This document shows positions 56,923-64,000 of a DNA stretch of 64,000 bases, one piece after another. Source of the DNA: Octopus vulgaris (Eukaryota). Every line of letters starts with the position of its first letter. The stretch's first letter is position 1. A program made the position numbers and the translations under genes. The stretch lies in the NCBI GenBank assembly GCA_951406725.2, contig OX597822.1, positions 9,300,001 to 9,364,000 of the forward strand, in the 5' to 3' direction. Below the pieces are notes generated by a model. That model had not been told where the DNA came from and searched no databases. It saw only the letters and a list, made by a program, of their open reading frames with translations.

Positions 56923-57343
56923 TTCAGTAGTTTTATTTTTATAGCGTGCTTTCACTTCACTACCGAGCGCAGCTCTGTGTGCCTTGGGTATGTGCTGTGA
57001 TTTGTTGTGATGCTCTGATGGTTATTGTATGGAAAGTGTTCTGCGTAGGATGTGTGCAGTGCCTAGTAGTGCAATTTTCTGTATGTTATATGTGTTTGTA
57101 AGTCCTGGTGTTTTTGTTATGTATTTGTCTGAATATTTTTTTATCATGCCTAATGCACCTACTATGATAGGAATTGTTTCTGTTTTCAGATTCCACATTC
57201 TAGTTACCTCTATTTCCAGGTCTTTGTATTTTGAGAGTTTCTCCATTTCTTTTAGAGACACGTTGTCATCTGCCGGTATTGATACATCAATTAGAAAGCA
57301 TTTTTTTCTTCATGGTCTCTGACAACTATATCGGGTCTGTTGC
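56923..57343 (-). mobile_element. 5'-truncated R4/Dong-like LINE 3' end inserted in (TAA)n
   Basis: PDIVVRDHEEKKCFLIDVSIP..KEMEKLSKYKDL..IPIIVGALG..IQKIALLGTAHILRRTL (PD..D restriction-like endonuclease), with (TTA)n on both sides. Confidence 0.92.
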
Positions 57344-57353
57344 ATTATTATTA

Positions 57354-57384
<31 letters not shown>

Positions 57385-57390
57385 CATCTT

Positions 57391-57530
<140 letters not shown>

Positions 57531-57559
57531 CATTATTATTATTATTATTAATGGGATTA

Positions 57560-58870
57560 CCGGAAGAATGCACAGCGGCATTTCGTCCGTCTTTAGGTTC
57601 TGAGTTCAAATTCCGCCGAGGTCGACTTTGCCTTTCGTCATTTCGGGGTCGATAAAATAACTACCAGTTGAGCACTGGGGTCGATGTATTCGATTTGCTC
57701 CCTCCCCGAAGCTGCTAGCCTTGTACCAGAATTTGCAACCATTATTAAGGCGGCGAGCTGGCAGAAACGTTTGCACGCCGGGCGAAATGCTTAGCGGTAT
57801 TTCGTATGCCGTTACGTTTGTCCTCTCTATGTTTAGCCCCTTGTAGATAGTAAAGAAATAGGTATTTCGTCTGCCGCTATGTTCTGAGTTCAAATTCCGC
57901 CGAGGTCGACTTTGCCTTTCATTCTTTCGGGGTCGATTAAATAAGTACCAGTTACGCATTGGGGTCGATATAGTCGACTTAATTCGTTTGTCTCTCCTTG
58001 TTTGTCCCCTCTGTGTTTAGCCCCTTGTGGGCAGTAAAGAAATAACAAACGTTAGCACGCGGAGCAAAATGCTTAGAAGCGCTTCATCCATCTTTACGTT
58101 CTGAGTTCGAATTCCGCCGATGTCGACTTGCCTTTCATCCTCCCAGGGTCGATAAAATAAATGGCAGATGAGCTCTGGTGTCGATCTAATTGACTCATCC
58201 CCTTAGCCGAAATTTCTTGTATTGTGCCAAAATTTCAAACTAATTATCAAGGCGGTGAGCTAACAGAATCGCTGGCGCGTTGGACAAAATGTTTAGCGGT
58301 GTTTCTTCTAGTTCATTACGTTCTGAGTTCAAATTTCAATGCGGTCGACTTTGCCTTTCATCTTTTCGGGGTCCTTAAAATAAGTTCCAATTGAGTGTTC
58401 GGGTTGACATAATCGGCTTGACCCATCCCCTCGGAACTGCTTGCCTTAAAAAAGGTTTAAAAGAATTATTACAATAACATTGTTGCTGTCTTTCCTGTTA
58501 TTGATATTACAGTATGTTTCAAGGCGACAAGATAGCAAAATCGTAAGAAAGCCGGGCGAAATGCTTAGAGGTATTTCGTCTGCCGTTACGTTCTGAATTC
58601 AAATTCCGCCGAGGTCGACTTTGCCTTTCATCCTTTCGGGGTCGATAAATTACGTACCAGTTACGCACTGGGCTCGATATAATCGCCTTAATCCGTTTGT
58701 CTGTCTTTGTTTGTCCTCTCTGTGTTTAGCTCCTTGAGGGTAGTAAAGAAATAAGTATTTCGTCTGTCGCTACATTCCGAGTTCAAATTCCGCCGAGGTC
58801 GACTTTGCCTTTTATCCATTCGGGCTCGATAAATTAAGTACCAGTTACGTACAGGGGTCGTTCTAATCGA
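57560..58870 (+). mobile_element. Head-to-tail array of SINE family A modules
   Basis: About six tandem cores with alternating tails. Confidence 0.85.
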
Positions 58871-59115
58871 CATCCTTCTGCGTGTATTAGTATTATTCAT
58901 AACGCTCACAGTTTTTTTTCTCTCATTCTAGTGGGTTGCAGAGTTTTTCTGTATTTCAGATGGAATAGGAAGGAAGATCAGTTCTTTTTATCTTGACAAA
59001 TTATTTAATTATTTAATTATTACATTTTGACTACCTTAATGAGCATGCCAATATCAGGTTTCGTTCTAAGACAACACAAACAGCCAAAAGCTTTGTCTCT
59101 CATCTCAATTCTCCT

Positions 59116-59154
<39 letters not shown>

Positions 59155-59209
59155 CACTTTCACTCACTCTCTCTCTCACACACACACTTTTTTTTGTATT
59201 TGTGCATGT

Positions 59210-59268
<59 letters not shown>

Positions 59269-59419
59269 TGCGTGTGTATGTGTGTGTATGCTCCGGTAAA
59301 ATAGAGAAAATGAATGGATAAGTTGGACACTAGTATAATGCTGTATATGAAAAATTGACAATTGCTGACTATGCTTTTCCGCATTGGCACCTTCACACGT
59401 TAATACATAAAGATACATT

Positions 59420-59457
<38 letters not shown>

Positions 59458-59924
59458 CGCACACACGCACGCACACATGCACATACACGTACTCATACGC
59501 TCACACATTATATTGCTTCAAAATTACCAACAAATATAACAAAGTCGAAGACGAGAGGGGTGGTACATATAGAAAGATTAACAAACAAGAATGGAAAATA
59601 AAAACAACACACGTGACAACATAGAGGAATGGTTAGAAGCAACTAATTATTAGTAATTATTAAAAGTAGAGTCGAGAGTAATCCATAGGTAGGAGAGGTG
59701 AAACCGGAGTGTAAAAAGTCCAAAAGAGAATTCGTAAAGGGTAGAAAGGTAGAAAGTCTAGTGGAGAATTTCGTGGGTGATGAGGGGAGACAGGATCAAC
59801 TGGTGCGACCATGTGAGCGTGTGATATATTGGGAGGATTCACGAAAAAAAACAAAAGACGAAGAAGACAGGTGGTGTAGAAAACAAACAGATGCATTAGT
59901 ATAGCGCTCGGGAATTGAAAAAGT

Positions 59925-59960
59925 CTTTTACGTTTCGAGCCTACGCTCTTCCACACAAAG
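59925..59960 (-). ncRNA. Degenerate minimal hammerhead-like fold in a PLE-like repeat
   Basis: CUUU-GUGUGGA-A-GAGC-GUAG-GCUC-GAAAC-GUA-AAAG. Adjacent sequence is shared with 46409-46493. Confidence 0.45.
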
Positions 59961-60447
59961 GAACACAGAAAGAAACAAGGAGAGAAACAAGGAGAGAAAA
60001 AAATGTGTGTGGTGGCTACTGATCTATCATGTAGTAATTGTTAGCTTGACATTCAATGAGAGATTAAGAAACAGGAAGCGCAATCTCTTCTTGGGAAAGT
60101 CTGAAGAAAAAGTATAGGAAAAGAAAGAACGCGAGAGTAACGAAAAAACATGTTACTTTATTTGAGGATGGAACTTAATCAGTATGCCGTTGATAGAGGG
60201 GGGAGAGTAAAGTGGAGGATAGATGGAAAGAAAGTGATTGCGCCCGTAAAGAAACGGTGCATTGCAAACAAAGAACACAATTTCTATTGTAATCCGATGG
60301 TGGTCCTGGTAAAGTAGGATTCAGTGGTATATTTTGGAGGAAGAGGGTAGCATCGTTCAAAGGCATGCGAGATAGAAGGGAAAGTGTTCAGTGGATGCTA
60401 CATCTGGATAAAAAATGGATAACGAGAAAATAACATGATAAACAGAT

Positions 60448-60464
60448 TGATAGATAGATAGATT

Positions 60465-60533
<69 letters not shown>

Positions 60534-60534
60534 G

Positions 60535-60618
<84 letters not shown>
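60448..60618. repeat. (GATA)n microsatellite
   Basis: Direct inspection. Confidence 0.98.
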
Positions 60619-60619
<1 letters not shown>

Positions 60620-60949
60620 GTGTGTGTGTGTGTGTGTGGCTCATGACTTGATCGTTCAGTTCATGATCACAGGGTACGGTTTCGATTCCTGCACCGGAAT
60701 GCTCATTCCATCCTTGAGCAAGAAATTTCCTTTCGCATTACTCCTGTCTAATCAACTATAAATGAGTACCAGCCGGTTTGTGCGCAACTGGAGCGCGGAA
60801 GGGATTCTTTTTCACTCGGTTCTGGCTGAAGGACGGTACGAACAGCTTTACAAACACATTGTGATATGTATGATATCAGCTGCTTTGATGATTAAGCCAA
60901 TCCAGATGGAATTCACACGAGACAAGACAGCATTGTTACCGGTCTTCCA

Positions 60950-61330
60950 GGTAGGAGTAGCAGTGTGGTAAGTAGCTTGCTTATGAACCACATGGTTCCG
61001 GGTTCAGTCCCACTGCGTGACATCTTGGGCAAGGTGTCTTCTACTATAGCCTCGGGTCGACCAAAGCCTAGTGAGTGGATTTGGCAGACGGAAACTGAAA
61101 GAAGCCCGTCGTATATATGTATATATTTATATATATGTATGTATGCATGTGTGTATCTGTGTTTGTCCCCACAACGTCGCTTGACAACCGATGCTGGTGT
61201 GTATACGTCCCCGTAACTTAACGGTTCGGCAAAATGAGACCGATAGAATAAGTACTAGGCTTACAAAGAGTAAGTCCTGAAGTCGATTTGCTCGACTAAA
61301 GGCGGTGCTCCAGCATGGCCACAGTCAAAT
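60950..61330 (+). mobile_element. Full-length SINE family B (tRNA head, CORE-like segment, internal microsatellite)
   Basis: gtgtggtaagtagcttgct..ggttccgggttcagtcccactgcg..cttgggcaag..; tail actgaaacaagtaaaaga. Confidence 0.9.
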
Positions 61331-62788
61331 GACTGAAACAAGTAAAAGAATATTAACCATGGGCCATTGTAGACTTGGTAATGCCAAAAGGTGGCACAGA
61401 GGACAATAATGAAGATCTCTACAGAGCATTTTCTTGAGGAATATAGACTTATTAGATCTTGCGAACAGCTGAACGTATTGCTCAACTAACAGTGTTTTGC
61501 TTTGTAAACGCATAAACCTAACCTTAAAGGATTTGAAACAAGTACTGCATAATACAGTTATATACTACAAATATAAGGTCAATGTTTTTCAGATACTTTG
61601 TTCGTGGCTTTCCATAATCCTTGTAACTATTTTAGTGTTCATACTGGACGCCTTGATCCAAAAAACATAGGATTATCACGTACTTAACGTTTTATGTAGT
61701 CTAGAAGTTGAGATAGCACAAATTATATGTTTTTATGGTAACCATTTTGAAAATCTAAAAACTGACAGCCAAGCAACTTTCTGTGCAAATGTCAACATTA
61801 GTTTTCGGATTTTATATGCTCTGATGATTCTAAAAATGTACAGGTTTGCTAATCTCCAAAACGTTTGAATAAAATTACATATGTAATAAAGTGAACTGGA
61901 AGTCTTGAAGTCTTGACGTCACAGCTTCTGCTACGGAGGCGAAGGACGTGGAGAACTGAAAGAATAAAATGATGTATTAGATGTGTGTAGGATAAGAGAC
62001 TAGTTCCCTTCTTTCATATCCTTTTTATGAACAATTTCTGCCTTGCATTGTAATTTGCTTAACATTTCGGATGTCTCTATTAATTTCTTACATATTCTTG
62101 TATTCTTATATTCTTATTCCCCTCAACATTCCCTAATTCTCTGCTTCGTTTTTGTTACAACCCACCCTGTTCCTGCTCTTACTTTGAATTTTCTTCCTAC
62201 ATTTATCAAACATATTACATTCTATACACACACATACACACGCACATATAAAGTGCGGAAGAAGGGAAAATAAGAAAAGAAAACAAATAAATCGACAGAT
62301 TTGTCGAGATATCTTACACAACAAATAGAAGCGACAGTTGTTACGAAGAAAATAACATAAATTTATGTCTTTAACAAATGGCTGCTGAGTCCTCGCCATA
62401 AGATCATGTACAGAGAAAGAGAGCAAAGAACGAAAGGGGGTTAGATGTAGACAGGAGAAGAGAGAGGTGAGGAGAGAGAGAGAAGGAGTCGAGTATTTAT
62501 TTCGTATCAACTAAGAAACCAATTTTTAAACAGCAATAATGAAAGTCTGTTGAGTGATTCATTAAACGTCAGACGCGAAAGGAAGTAGGTTTAACGAAAC
62601 GTTTTATCTAATAGAGTTGCGAGGAGAGACGAGTCTGGGAAAAGAGCGAGTTGACAATCAGGTAGAAACTTGGTAGAGAATCAAATCAGCTTTGCTAAGA
62701 GTAGCGAAATAGCCTCGAGTGTTGAAGAGAGTTTAGCTGAAGCACGGAGATAGGTTAGTTTATCTCACCGTTGTGATGTTTCTGAAGC

Positions 62789-62942
<154 letters not shown>

Positions 62943-63441
62943 GTGAACAAAGATAAACAAAATATAGTGGACTGGTTGGACTGGAAAGATAGAGTAAGTA
63001 ACATTCAATAAAAGAAATTCGATATTTTCGTCATTGTTGATAGAAAAAAAAATGTGAAGGGAGATCGATGATACAACGTATTGGTAAAATTACGTTTTCA
63101 TAGAGATGTAATCGATATTGGTATTGAAAGAAATGGTAAAGCGCCGGACTCAATGACTTTGAGGTGAAATAGTTTATCAAACTGTTAACCTCATCTTTTG
63201 TGAATCGTGAAAAAAAAAAGATTTTTAAAACATTTGAACCAGTATTTGTGCAATAACTAATCCCAATAATTTAGCCATAACATGGCAGAAATTGATACTC
63301 ACACACACACACACAACCTCACACGCACACAAACTCACACATATACAGACACACGCACACACATATACGTTATGTATACATATATATATATATACATACG
63401 TATATATATATATATATATATATATACATGCACATATATAT

Positions 63442-63532
<91 letters not shown>

Positions 63533-63535
<3 letters not shown>

Positions 63536-63732
63536 AGATGTACTCGCATAGCAAGTGATTTGATCTGAGATCGTGTGCTGGAACGAAAAGAATTGCAGCG
63601 TGGAAGGTGTTTGCAAGCCATTTAAGAAACACACAAAAGCAGTTCGATTCACTTCAACATTTAAGTTTAATTTGTCAAAATATTTTCGTCGCTAAAATCC
63701 GCGACCTGTTCACTGACGAAAATCCGTGCTGC
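63533..63732 (-). mobile_element. About 200-bp element in (TA)n carrying a variant hammerhead
   Basis: Bounded by TA repeats on both sides; HHR fold at 63674-63717. Confidence 0.6.
63674..63717 (-). ncRNA. Minimal type I hammerhead candidate with G3-C8 core
   Basis: GUCA-GUGAACA-G-GUCGC-GGAUUUUA-GCGAC-GAAA-AUAU-UU-UGAC; all three stems pair. Confidence 0.65.
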
Positions 63733-63829
63733 ATATATATGTATATATACATATATATTGTTTTTAGAAATACATAAATCCGGAGAAGTACGTTCTATGA
63801 TGTAGAGCCGTTGATATTATAGTGGGGTA

Positions 63830-64000
63830 GGTCGGTTCATGAGTTACCCTCGGTTTCTCACTCATAAGGGGTTTAGCCTTACGGCGTATCTTCAGACACC
63901 AAACACTGTTGGCCTGAGACTTCTTTCCTCATGCCAGCAGTGTTTGGGGTCTGAAGCTACGCTATGAGCGAGAAACCCAAGGTAAAACCCCATAAACAGG
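63830..64000. repeat. Long imperfect hairpin running off the window end
   Basis: Inner stem gcgtatcttcagacaccaaacactgttggc / gccagcagtgtttggggtctgaagctacgc; outer stem ggtttctcactcata / tatgagcgagaaacc. Confidence 0.85.

Noticed and set aside
60762-60971. 69-aa ORF with an apparent splice donor (caggtagg)
   Set aside because: It starts in a SINE and the apparent donor is the start of the next SINE; no recognisable protein.
61455-61495. ERIAQL peptide resembling dUTPase motif IV
   Set aside because: No other dUTPase motifs, and stop codons lie just upstream in frame.

Overview
AT-rich, microsatellite-dense animal DNA, almost certainly intergenic or intronic: I could not recognise any host protein-coding exon in 64 kb. 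The SINE families and repeat landscape look cephalopod (Octopus-like), which is an inference. Contents: two full-length mariners and one Tc1 with TIRs and TA duplications, all with disrupted transposases; pogo/Tigger and hAT relics; a 414-bp MITE with an 8-bp TSD; two non-autonomous Helitrons and two Helitron helicase fragments; four R4/Dong-like (RT plus restriction-like endonuclease) LINE copies or fragments; two CR1-type fragments; and dozens of tRNA-derived SINEs of at least three families, often in concatemers. The most interesting layer is a set of short non-coding elements, mostly embedded in (TA)n tracts, that carry minimal type I hammerhead ribozyme (HHR) folds and/or fold-back inverted copies of themselves, consistent with Penelope-like element (PLE) termini. 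Their cores show three different pairings at the tertiary 3-8 position (C3-G8, G3-C8, U3-A8). Nearly all ORFs in the supplied track are translated microsatellites or SINEs. Coordinates were read by eye, and boundaries of decayed elements are approximate.
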